From assembly GCA_030167145.1 (NCBI GenBank), contig CP126532.1, positions 3,960,001 to 3,992,000 on the forward strand: a DNA stretch of 32,000 nt, in the 5' to 3' direction. The stretch is from Ktedonobacterales bacterium. GTDB lineage: Bacteria; Chloroflexota; Ktedonobacteria; Ktedonobacterales; JADMIN01. The notes under the pieces are model-generated. The model was not told the origin of the DNA, ran no database searches, and saw nothing but the letters and a program-made list of their open reading frames with translations. How positions within the stretch are numbered: the stretch's first letter is position 1; every line of letters begins with the position of its first letter. Shown here piece after piece: positions 14,890-22,641 of the stretch. A program made the position numbers and the translations under genes.

Positions 14890-16485
14890 TTAAACCTTCT
14901 GTCCCGCATGAATCTTCTTCCGCACCCGCGACAAATCCCAGCGCATGCGCCAGATCATCAGCAGGTAGAGCACATATCCCGCCACCACCACCACCGCCGC
15001 CTCTGCGCCAATCGTCCCCAACGCTTTCTCCACAGCGGACGAATCCAACTTCGACACCAGCGGCAGCGTCCGCAGATCCAGCGTCGTGCCATTCGGCGCT
15101 TCCAGCAGAAATAGCGTCGCCACAAATGGGATCACGCTCAACACCGCCCGCATGAAAGTGGTCAGCGGATGAAACGCCCCGCGCAACTTGTCCTTGATTT
15201 CCCGCTCGTGCTTCGTCAACAACAGGAATGGCAACTGCCCCGCGACGATGCTCAGCCCCCAGCTTACCCGGTTCGCCCAGATCCCCGCCACCCCGACGGA
15301 TAGACCCGCATGCGCCACCAGCAAATCGAAACACAGGATCACGACGAAGAAGAGCAAACTGGCGACCGGCAAATCTTGCACCAGTTGCGTCGCAATCTCC
15401 TCCGGCTTCGGATTCGGCGTCCCATTCAATCGCCGCGTAACCCATCGTACAGCGTCGCCCACCCAGCCGCCGCCATGCGGCGATTCACTCTGCACGATTC
15501 CCTGCACCAGCTTCACCAGTTCCGGCCACGCCTCGATGCGTGCGCGATTTACCAGCGGCGCGAAGATCAGATACACCGCCGCCGCCACGCTCGCCTCGAT
15601 CCACAACGTCGCCCCCAGCCCCGGATTCAACCCAACCCCATGAAACACGCCGAGCGCGCCCGCCACACCGATTGCCACCACCACCAACGCCGTCACACGC
15701 CACCGCTCCGAGGGCCACGTCGTATCTGACCCCACCACCTGCGGCAGCTTCTTCGTCACCAGACTCAGCACGCTCAGCGCCACATCGTCGAAGGTCGCCA
15801 GCATCAGAAACACCACCAGCAGATTCGCGATATACACCCCCGGCGCATGCAGCAACGCGATCAGCGCCAGCAATCCCACCGTCAGCACGCTCTTCAGCGC
15901 ATATTGACCGCCGCTCCACGGCTTGTTCAAATCGAACACTTCCTTGGCGTCGAAGACGATTGCCGGAACCAACCACACCACCAGATACACCAGCGCCGTC
16001 TCGCACAGCACCAGATACAACCCCGGCCACGAATGCGCCTCCCACCCCACCACCATCGCCGCCACCGTCACGAGCAACGCCACCGCGTACCACCGCCCCA
16101 CCACCGTCACATGCGTCTGCACCATCCACAGCAGCGCCAGCCCCACCACCCCCACCAGCGACAGTAACCCATGAACGCAGATCGCCACCACGCCCCATGC
16201 CCCACTATCCGGCAGCCCAAAGAGACGGCTATACGGCGTCGCATACGCCAGCCAAATGCAATAGATAAAGACGAATTGCCCCAGCAGCATCCCGCTTTCC
16301 ACCAACGCCCGTTTCCCCAGCGGCAGATGCCTATCCGGCGTAACAAAGATCTCCTTCACCGCGAAAATCAGCGCCAGCGCCACCGCGCCGAGCAACAGAT
16401 GATACAGCAGCGGCGCATCCCGCGCCACAAATACCGGGCCAATCCCCTCTGTGAACAGATCCGTAAAGACATTCCCGCCAGCCAT
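14890..16485 (-). CDS. Uncharacterised polytopic membrane protein (about 14 TM segments)
   Basis: 531 aa. The start was trimmed to MAGGNVF (complement of 16483-16485) with an AGGAGGG RBS about 7 nt upstream. Highly hydrophobic, with no motif I recognise. Confidence 0.7.
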   Translation of the reverse strand: MAGGNVFTDLFTEGIGPVFVARDAPLLYHLLLGAVALALIFAVKEIFVTPDRHLPLGKRALVESGMLLGQFVFIYCIWLAYATPYSRLFGLPDSGAWGVVAICVHGLLSLVGVVGLALLWMVQTHVTVVGRWYAVALLVTVAAMVVGWEAHSWPGLYLVLCETALVYLVVWLVPAIVFDAKEVFDLNKPWSGGQYALKSVLTVGLLALIALLHAPGVYIANLLVVFLMLATFDDVALSVLSLVTKKLPQVVGSDTTWPSERWRVTALVVVAIGVAGALGVFHGVGLNPGLGATLWIEASVAAAVYLIFAPLVNRARIEAWPELVKLVQGIVQSESPHGGGWVGDAVRWVTRRLNGTPNPKPEEIATQLVQDLPVASLLFFVVILCFDLLVAHAGLSVGVAGIWANRVSWGLSIVAGQLPFLLLTKHEREIKDKLRGAFHPLTTFMRAVLSVIPFVATLFLLEAPNGTTLDLRTLPLVSKLDSSAVEKALGTIGAEAAVVVVAGYVLYLLMIWRMRWDLSRVRKKIHAGQKV

Positions 16486-16760
16486 CCCGTCATCCCTCCT
16501 GCAAGAGCAACACATCGAGCGGCCACATCACGCTGGCGGCGCGTGCGCTCGCGAAGAAAAGCAGTAGGATGGGTGCGACACTCTGAATAGAAAAACCGTC
16601 CAGCACACACCGCAAGCCAGCATCGTGGTGCGACACATATATCATGGATTCCGCGCGCCGTCAACTCGTCAAAAGTAGCGTCCATTCCCCCACTCCACCG
16701 CGCTACCCATCAGCTAGAACACCCTTCCACCAGAGCGAGCGAAAGCAGAGATCCCAAGCC

Positions 16761-16949
16761 ATGCCCCAACATCACATTCTTGCTGTTCGCTACTCCATCT
16801 CATACAATACCCTGGAAGCACGCGCAAATTTCCTCGTCAACATCACCTGCGCCATTGTCGGCGGCATCGTCTCCTGCTACACTGGCCTGGCGGGCATCCC
16901 ACCCGCCTGGCTCCAATCCCGCGAACCGCTGCCCGGCTGGCATAAGTAG
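16761..16949 (+). CDS. Possible 62-aa single-TM protein upstream of the 16977 gene
   Basis: ATG 16761 to TAG 16947-16949. It has C-ending codon bias like the real genes and a hydrophobic 'NFLVNITCAIVGGIVSCYTGLAGI'. The stop lies about 25 nt before the next start. Confidence 0.35.
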   Translation: MPQHHILAVRYSISYNTLEARANFLVNITCAIVGGIVSCYTGLAGIPPAWLQSREPLPGWHK

Positions 16950-16976
16950 CCCATCATCAACCAATGGAGGTTGCGC

Positions 16977-18725
16977 GTGCGCGTTCATGATCGTCGCTGG
17001 TGGCTTCGTGCACTCTGGGCCATCTGCCTGCTCGTCAGTTCAGGACTCTTCGCCGTCTGGTATTTCCAGCACATCCTGCCGCTCGACCGCGCCTTCGCCA
17101 TCCCTGCCTACCGCGACGCCATCCTCGCTGCTGTCATCTGCTTCATGCTCATTGTCCTCGCCATCTACACCGCGCTCGGCGCCCTCACCGCCCGCCACCG
17201 CTACCACGCCCGTCTCGCCACCATCCACGGCGACCACAACGCCATCCCCATCTCCCGCCTCGCCGACGAGCTATCACCGGTACTAACCTATAGGCCCCTA
17301 CCAGTCATAGCCAATAACTCCCCTGCCAGGCGCACAGCGATAACTGCGGTTCTTGGATTCGTGTTCTTACTGGGTATTCTCATCTTCCTGCTGGCAAGTG
17401 CACATTTCGTATCTTTCTTACAGTATTTGATATTTATAAGTCGCATGGATCCAATCTATCCGTATCAAGCGGTGTCCAATCATCTGCCTCTGTTGGATCC
17501 CATTCCCTACTTTGGTGGCCTTGCGCTGCTCTTCTTGTTTAACGCTCGCGACACTTCAGGCCTACGGCGCATACCGTATCTGATGCGCCGCATCACCATC
17601 ACCAGCGATGGCATTACTTGCGTATCCGCCTGGGGCGCTTCACGCACGATATTCTGGCATGACGCAAGGCTTTTCGAGGTCGCTTACCAATTTGCGCCTC
17701 CAGCCCAAACCGACCGGCTGAGCGGTTTTCTCCTCTACACCTTGCATGGTACGCGAAGCACCCTCCGCTGGACCCAACGCTTTGGCGTCCCAATAGCATC
17801 AAGTGATCCCTTCCTTTCAATTGCGCCAATGGTGGCTCGACATACCAGTCTGGTTCCGCGCTCCTTTGACGTCCGGCTTCGTGAACTATCGCAGACAACC
17901 TCTCCTGATACTGAGGTCGTTCGCTCGCACATCCTCCGTATTGCAAGCTGTGCTGCCGTTCTTCTCGCAAGTTCGACACTCATTGGAACTGACCAACAAG
18001 GATTGGTCATGTTCAGTTTGTTCGCTCTTAGTGTGGCGGGATTCACTGTCTCCACATATGGCACCAGGGCGCGCAAACGTCAGCATGATATGCTGGCATC
18101 TCCCCTACTCGCTACTGCCCCAACCAATGCGAGTACCGAACAAGGCAGCACATCAGTATCGCGGCAGCAGTTCGCCGCCCCCCTCTACGAAATGACCGTC
18201 GGCTCCTATCCCCTCTTCGTCTTCAACCAGATAGTCTTCGCCCTCATGGGCGCAGCTGCCGCGCTCGCCGCGCTTGGCATCCTCGGCGCGGAGTTCGCGC
18301 AATACGTGCTTCACGTCCCTGGACTACATCTGTATTCATTGCCCCCACTTTTTGCCCTGAGCCTCGTTCTGTTGCTCCTCGCAGGTATCCTCACCATCAT
18401 CGTCTCCATCCGCGCCCGCGACACCATCGTCCTCGCCGACCTCACCGGCGTCCGCAAACGCTGGCTCCTCGGCAACACCTTCATCCCCTGGGGCGACATC
18501 GAGCGCATCGAAGTCCGCTTCATCGCTGGCAGGCCCACCTACTACCGCGTCTTCGGCCACGGCGGCCGCCCCGCCTTCGCCTGGCCCGCACGCCCATTCC
18601 AGCCCAGCCCCAAACCCCAGGAACCCGGCGCCACCCTCACCAACCCCGCCAACATGGCCGCCATCGTCGCCCAGCGCAGCGGCAAACCAATCCTCCCCGG
18701 CCCGCCGCGCCTCCTCCCCTTGTGA
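16977..18725 (+). CDS. Uncharacterised membrane protein with two TM-pair plus bacterial-PH-like modules; the central part has foreign composition
   Basis: GTG 16977 lies 6 nt after GGAGG (16966-16970); TTG 16971 is an alternative. PH-like strings are 'ITITSDGITCVSAWGASRTIFWHDARLFEV' and 'IVLADLTGVRKRWLLGNTFIPWGDIERIEVRF'. The frame stays open through a 40%-GC segment. Confidence 0.7.
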   Translation: MRVHDRRWWLRALWAICLLVSSGLFAVWYFQHILPLDRAFAIPAYRDAILAAVICFMLIVLAIYTALGALTARHRYHARLATIHGDHNAIPISRLADELSPVLTYRPLPVIANNSPARRTAITAVLGFVFLLGILIFLLASAHFVSFLQYLIFISRMDPIYPYQAVSNHLPLLDPIPYFGGLALLFLFNARDTSGLRRIPYLMRRITITSDGITCVSAWGASRTIFWHDARLFEVAYQFAPPAQTDRLSGFLLYTLHGTRSTLRWTQRFGVPIASSDPFLSIAPMVARHTSLVPRSFDVRLRELSQTTSPDTEVVRSHILRIASCAAVLLASSTLIGTDQQGLVMFSLFALSVAGFTVSTYGTRARKRQHDMLASPLLATAPTNASTEQGSTSVSRQQFAAPLYEMTVGSYPLFVFNQIVFALMGAAAALAALGILGAEFAQYVLHVPGLHLYSLPPLFALSLVLLLLAGILTIIVSIRARDTIVLADLTGVRKRWLLGNTFIPWGDIERIEVRFIAGRPTYYRVFGHGGRPAFAWPARPFQPSPKPQEPGATLTNPANMAAIVAQRSGKPILPGPPRLLPL

Positions 18726-18830
18726 AACCCGAACGCATGTCCTATACTGAACTCTGCAACCCACGGTCAGCCTGAGAACATGGCGCCGCTCTGCCCGATA
18801 GAGGTGGAGCGGCGTCTCTCATTCTCTCAC

Positions 18831-19240
18831 GCGAAATCGGCAGAATCGGCAACTCAGATGTGCGGCGAAAACGGCGAAAAATGCACAACCAAAAAATCGG
18901 CAAAATCGGCCACTGGTGGGGCGGACATTCCTGTCTGTCCACGACCGCCAGCATCGGCCACATCGGCCACTGGCACTGCTTGCCAAGAGCGAAAATCGGC
19001 CATATCGGCCAGTTCGAGACATCCATTATGCGAAATCGGCAGAATCGGCAACTCCGGGCAACCCGCTGGTACAGGGATTACCCACGGCCTTCAGGCCGGG
19101 AGCCTCCTTTATCACCCCTCGTCACCATTCTCGCTCACCAAAAAATCGGCAAAATCGGCAACTCCCATCTGTGGCCATTTCGGCAACTGGTGAGGCGGAC
19201 ATTCCTGTCTGCCTGCGGCCACATCGGCCATTTCGGCTAC
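18831..19240 (+). repeat. Array of ATCGGC-N3-ATCGGC dyads (9-bp period) with recurring longer blocks
   Basis: 13 exact ATCGGC, all on the + strand, with no GCCGAT. The 25-nt block at 18831-18855 equals 19030-19054, and the 22-nt block at 18889-18910 equals 19138-19159. See findings. Confidence 0.9.
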
Positions 19241-19260
19241 AATCCCTGCTCTGTCCCGAA

Positions 19261-19318
19261 CCCGCGCAGGCGGGTTTTGCGGCCAGCGGCCATCCAGGCG
19301 CGGTTTCAACCGCCCGCT
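19261..19318 (+). repeat. Copy C of the 58-nt triple-hairpin element
   Basis: CCCGCGCAGGCGGGTTTTGCGGCCAGCGGCCATCCAGGCGCGGTTTCAACCGCCCGCT. It lies about 130 nt upstream of the 19450 start. Confidence 0.85.
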
Positions 19319-19407
19319 CCGTGCTATTCATGGCCGAGAGTATGGCCGCGAGTATGCGGACGCCTCAGGCCTTTTGGGTAGGTAGATATACTGGCGGGCG
19401 CACATTC

Positions 19408-19416
19408 TGCTATACT
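19408..19416 (+). promoter_or_regulatory. Extended -10 element TGCTATACT
   Basis: It lies 34 nt upstream of ATG 19450. An AAAAAGGAG RBS sits at 19434-19442. Confidence 0.4.
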
Positions 19417-19449
19417 CTCAGCCGATTCTCAGCGAAAAAGGAGTGTACG

Positions 19450-21183
19450 ATGCGCGAGAGCGTAACCATCGGCAACGGCAGCGCCAGCGAAGCGCACGAA
19501 GCGCGTAGCCTACGGCGACGCCTGCTCTGCTATTGGAGCGTGGCCGTCGTCAACATCGGCTCCGCCCTGCTGCCCATCTGGCCCTGGCGCTATCGGTTGC
19601 TCGCGCATCGTCTACCGCTCGCCATCGTCCTCACCGCGCAGAACCTCTCCGTCCTGCTCGGCATCGCCATGCTGCTGCTGGCCTATCCCGCCGCGCGACG
19701 CCATCGCGGCGCCGCCCACATGCTGATGCTCTGCGCCGGTCTGGCCATCCTCGCCAACATCGTCAAGGGACTCGATGTCGAAGAGGCCGCCATCAACACC
19801 ATCCTGCTCATCTCCCTCTGGCGCGCACACCATCAATTTGAGGCCTTCCCCCTGCGCTACACCGCAATTGACCTCGCTCGCATTGGCATATTGCTCGCCC
19901 TGCTCGCGCGCCTCTACAGCCTCGCTGGCTCAGGGCTGCTCGCCGCGCTGCACCTCCTCGTGCTCCGCGAAAAGGCCCTCTTTCCCTGGCTCGACCACCT
20001 TGCCCACATGCTCACCGCCAAGCTCGAATTCCAGCGCCTTTGGTTCCACGAATCGCAACTCCTCGTGCCACTCTTCCTGTTAACCTGCTTCCTCATCCTC
20101 TCATGGCGCTCGGCCTGGCACGGCCATCTCCGCGCCAGCGACGGCGGCGACCTGTATGGGCGCTTTGGCCGCGCCTCGCACAACTCTCTTGCCTACATCG
20201 CCAACCGCTCCGATGTCAGCACCTTCATAGACCCCGCCGGACGCGGCGCCATCACCTATCGCCAGGTCGGGCGTGTTGCCCTTCAAGTTGGCGCAATCCT
20301 CAGCGCGCCAGCGGACCGCGCGGCGGTATACGCAGGTTTCCGCGCCTTCTGCAAAGCCGAGCGCCTTATCCCCGCCGCCGTCGCCCTCACTGCGGATGAG
20401 CGGCTCGTCGCCGCTGCCAGCGGCATGCGCTCGCTTTCCATCGGCACAGAGGCCGTCGTAGACCTTCCTGCGTTCGCCAGCGAACGGCTTGGCAAAAAGA
20501 TGCGCTGGGCGCAGCGGTCGCTGCAAAAGCGCGGCTACACCGTCGAACTGCTCAGCGCGGCAGAGATCACCCCGGCAGTGCGCATCCGCCTCGACCACAT
20601 AGACCGCGAGTGGCGCGACTTCCGCGGCGGCCAGGCGCATGGCTACTGCATGACCCTGGGGCGCTTCCCCACCAACCACGACCCGCACTGTCTCATCGCC
20701 ATCGCCCGCGACGCCGCTGGCGCACCCATCGCCTACCTCACACTGCTCCCTGGCGGCGAGGGCTACTATTCGCTCGACCTCACCCGCCGCAGCTTCGCCG
20801 CGCCCAACGCTGCCATAGAATTCCTGCTTATCGAAGTCCTCACCCTCCTCCGCGCACGCGGCGCGCAGATCGTCAGCCTCAACTTTTCCACCCTCTCCTC
20901 GCTCTCCTCGCGGCGTGGCGGCGCCCTCCTCATGCGAACGCTAAGCAAAGCGTTCCAGCTTGGCTCACTCGAAGCCTTCAACGCCAAGTTTCGCCCACGC
21001 TGGGAGCCGCGCTTTCTCGTCTTCCCTACCTGGTGGAACCTGCCCGATGTGGTGTATGCGGTCCTGGTGATGGAAGGCGTCGAACGCATGGCCATCAACG
21101 CCTGCGCTCGTGTGCTGCGGCGCACTTTGCGCCCATCAGCCCATCCGCTCGCCAAACCCGTAGTCCATGCCGAGCATGCGTGA
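19450..21183 (+). CDS. MprF-like protein: N-terminal TM region plus DUF2156 (aminoacyl-phosphatidylglycerol synthase C-terminal) domain
   Basis: 'GKKMRWAQRSLQKRGYTVELL', 'DREWRDFRGGQAHGYCMTLGRFP', 'YYSLDLTRR', 'FNAKFRPRWEPRFLVF' fit the DUF2156 pattern. The ORF-track start at 18916 runs through the repeat array and was rejected. Confidence 0.75.
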   Translation: MRESVTIGNGSASEAHEARSLRRRLLCYWSVAVVNIGSALLPIWPWRYRLLAHRLPLAIVLTAQNLSVLLGIAMLLLAYPAARRHRGAAHMLMLCAGLAILANIVKGLDVEEAAINTILLISLWRAHHQFEAFPLRYTAIDLARIGILLALLARLYSLAGSGLLAALHLLVLREKALFPWLDHLAHMLTAKLEFQRLWFHESQLLVPLFLLTCFLILSWRSAWHGHLRASDGGDLYGRFGRASHNSLAYIANRSDVSTFIDPAGRGAITYRQVGRVALQVGAILSAPADRAAVYAGFRAFCKAERLIPAAVALTADERLVAAASGMRSLSIGTEAVVDLPAFASERLGKKMRWAQRSLQKRGYTVELLSAAEITPAVRIRLDHIDREWRDFRGGQAHGYCMTLGRFPTNHDPHCLIAIARDAAGAPIAYLTLLPGGEGYYSLDLTRRSFAAPNAAIEFLLIEVLTLLRARGAQIVSLNFSTLSSLSSRRGGALLMRTLSKAFQLGSLEAFNAKFRPRWEPRFLVFPTWWNLPDVVYAVLVMEGVERMAINACARVLRRTLRPSAHPLAKPVVHAEHA

Positions 21184-21286
21184 CATTGCGCACGGTTCGC
21201 GCGTCCGAAATGATGAGCGATTTCCGTTTGTGCCACCAACCGTGAGAACGGCATGATGCCAGGCAGGGTGACCTCAGTTCCGCAAG

Positions 21287-21315
21287 TTGCGGCGCTGTGG
21301 GCGCAATGCTATAAT
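21287..21315 (+). promoter_or_regulatory. Candidate rpsF operon promoter (TTGCGG-17-TGCTATAAT)
   Basis: -35 at 21287-21292 and an extended -10 at 21307-21315. This leaves a leader of about 170 nt before rpsF. Confidence 0.45.
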
Positions 21316-21488
21316 GCGATGGTGGCTCAGCGAGCCTCCGGTGACGCCGCCCTCGTAGGCGCTCGTCGCCGTCGCGTCTCTACCCAATGTGGGCGGAAAC
21401 GCTTTTGATCCATCCTGCCCCGCCTCTCCGGGCGCCACATGCGAGCGTCCGCGCAACCGGCGGGAGCACTCCCAGAGGAGGAATCCGC

Positions 21489-22043
21489 ATGGCACAGCAT
21501 CGTGATTACGATCTTGGCATCGTAATCAGCCCAGATGTCGGCGACGAACAGGCACGCGCGATTGTAGACCGCATTACCAACACCGTCACCAGCAATGACG
21601 GCCAGGTCGTGCGCGTCAACGCTGTAGGCAGGCGCCGTCTGGCCTACTCAATTGAGCACCATCGCGACGGCCTGTATTTCTTCTTCGACCTGATTATGCC
21701 GCCTACGCTGGTCAGCGAGATCGAGCGCATATTGCGTGTGAACGAAGATGTCATGCGCCATCTGCTGCTCGTGCGCGACCCACGCGCCGTTGCCCAGCAA
21801 CGCCAGCGCGACGCCGAAGCCGACGCCCAGGCCGCGCAGCGCGCCGCCGAGCAGGCCGCACGTGCGGCGGAGCAAGCTGCGGCAGCAGCGGGGGCAGCAG
21901 AAATGCCAGCGGCGAGCGAACCGGCGACCGAGGCCCCGGCCGCGGAAGTGCTGGTAGCGGAGGCGCCAGCGACCGAAGCCGCGCCAGCCGAAACAGACCA
22001 GGCCGAAGAAACGACCACAGCGGAAGCGGAGGCGAACGCCTGA
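21489..22043 (+). CDS. rpsF: 30S ribosomal protein S6 with a C-terminal Ala/Glu-rich tail
   Basis: 'YDLGIVISPDVGDEQARAIVDRI...RRRLAYSIEHHRDGLYFFFDL'. A GGAGGA RBS lies 7 nt upstream of ATG 21489. Confidence 0.9.
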   Translation: MAQHRDYDLGIVISPDVGDEQARAIVDRITNTVTSNDGQVVRVNAVGRRRLAYSIEHHRDGLYFFFDLIMPPTLVSEIERILRVNEDVMRHLLLVRDPRAVAQQRQRDAEADAQAAQRAAEQAARAAEQAAAAAGAAEMPAASEPATEAPAAEVLVAEAPATEAAPAETDQAEETTTAEAEANA

Positions 22044-22104
22044 GCGCGCGACCAGCGGCAGTCAGGTCTGCCAGCATGTGGTGTCGCGGAAGGGGAATTG
22101 ACGT

Positions 22105-22503
22105 ATGCTGAACAAAATCATGCTCATCGGCAATTTGGGCCAAGACCCCGAGATGAGCTACACGCCCAGCGGCAAGGCCATTACGAAGTTTAGCCTCGCT
22201 GTCAATCGCAACACGCGCGACCGTGAGACGAACGAACAACGTAAAGAAACGACATGGTTCCGGATCGTCGCCTGGGAGCAGAAGGCAGAGTTCTGCAACC
22301 AATATCTGCACAAAGGCTCGAGAGTCTTCATCGAAGGCCGGATGACTTCGCGCAAGTACACCAATAAAGATGGCATCGAAGTGACAGCTTGGGAAGTTCT
22401 TGTGGAGAACACGGAACTGCTCGACTCACGCTCCGATGGCTCTGGCGCGGGCGGTGGTCGTGGTGACTCCGGCGATGTCGGCCCGGACGACATACCATTC
22501 TAA
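22105..22503 (+). CDS. ssb: Single-stranded DNA-binding protein
   Basis: OB-fold 'MLNKIMLIGNLGQDPEMSYTPSGKAITKFSLAVNR...TWFRIVAWEQKAE', a Gly-rich linker and the acidic tip 'DDIPF'. Confidence 0.95.
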   Translation: MLNKIMLIGNLGQDPEMSYTPSGKAITKFSLAVNRNTRDRETNEQRKETTWFRIVAWEQKAEFCNQYLHKGSRVFIEGRMTSRKYTNKDGIEVTAWEVLVENTELLDSRSDGSGAGGGRGDSGDVGPDDIPF

Positions 22504-22641
22504 TATCACCAACCAGGGCGGGCGTCGTGTGCGCCCACCTTACCGGCGGCGCTAGCGTTGCCGCCCATATATGGTTTACGTGCTGGTCCGGTGTGACCTC
22601 TCCACCGAGACCAGCAACCCCATACGTAAAGGAGCATTGAC

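Noticed and set aside
18831-19240. CRISPR array interpretation of the repeat cluster
   Set aside because: Repeat units are 7-25 nt with irregular, partly repeated 'spacers'. There are no 28-37-nt repeats with regular spacing, and no cas genes in the window.
18831-19240. Chromosomal replication origin (iterons as DnaA boxes)
   Set aside because: The heptad ATCGGCA bears no resemblance to the DnaA box TTATCCACA. There is no dnaA/dnaN neighbourhood and no AT-rich unwinding element.
19298-19318. GGTTTCAACCGC in the 58-nt element resembling a CRISPR repeat terminus (GTTTCAA.../...TTGAAAC)
   Set aside because: The copies are single and dispersed, 5-10 kb apart, with no repeat-spacer periodicity. 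The similarity is limited to a few bases.
18916-19449. N-terminal 178 codons of the 755-aa ORF-track entry (18916-21183), and the other ORFs covering 18742-19381 in all six frames
   Set aside because: They run through the 9-bp-period repeat array and the 58-nt element, and stop codons are absent only because of repeat composition. A strong AAAAAGGAG RBS and an extended -10 support the start at 19450.
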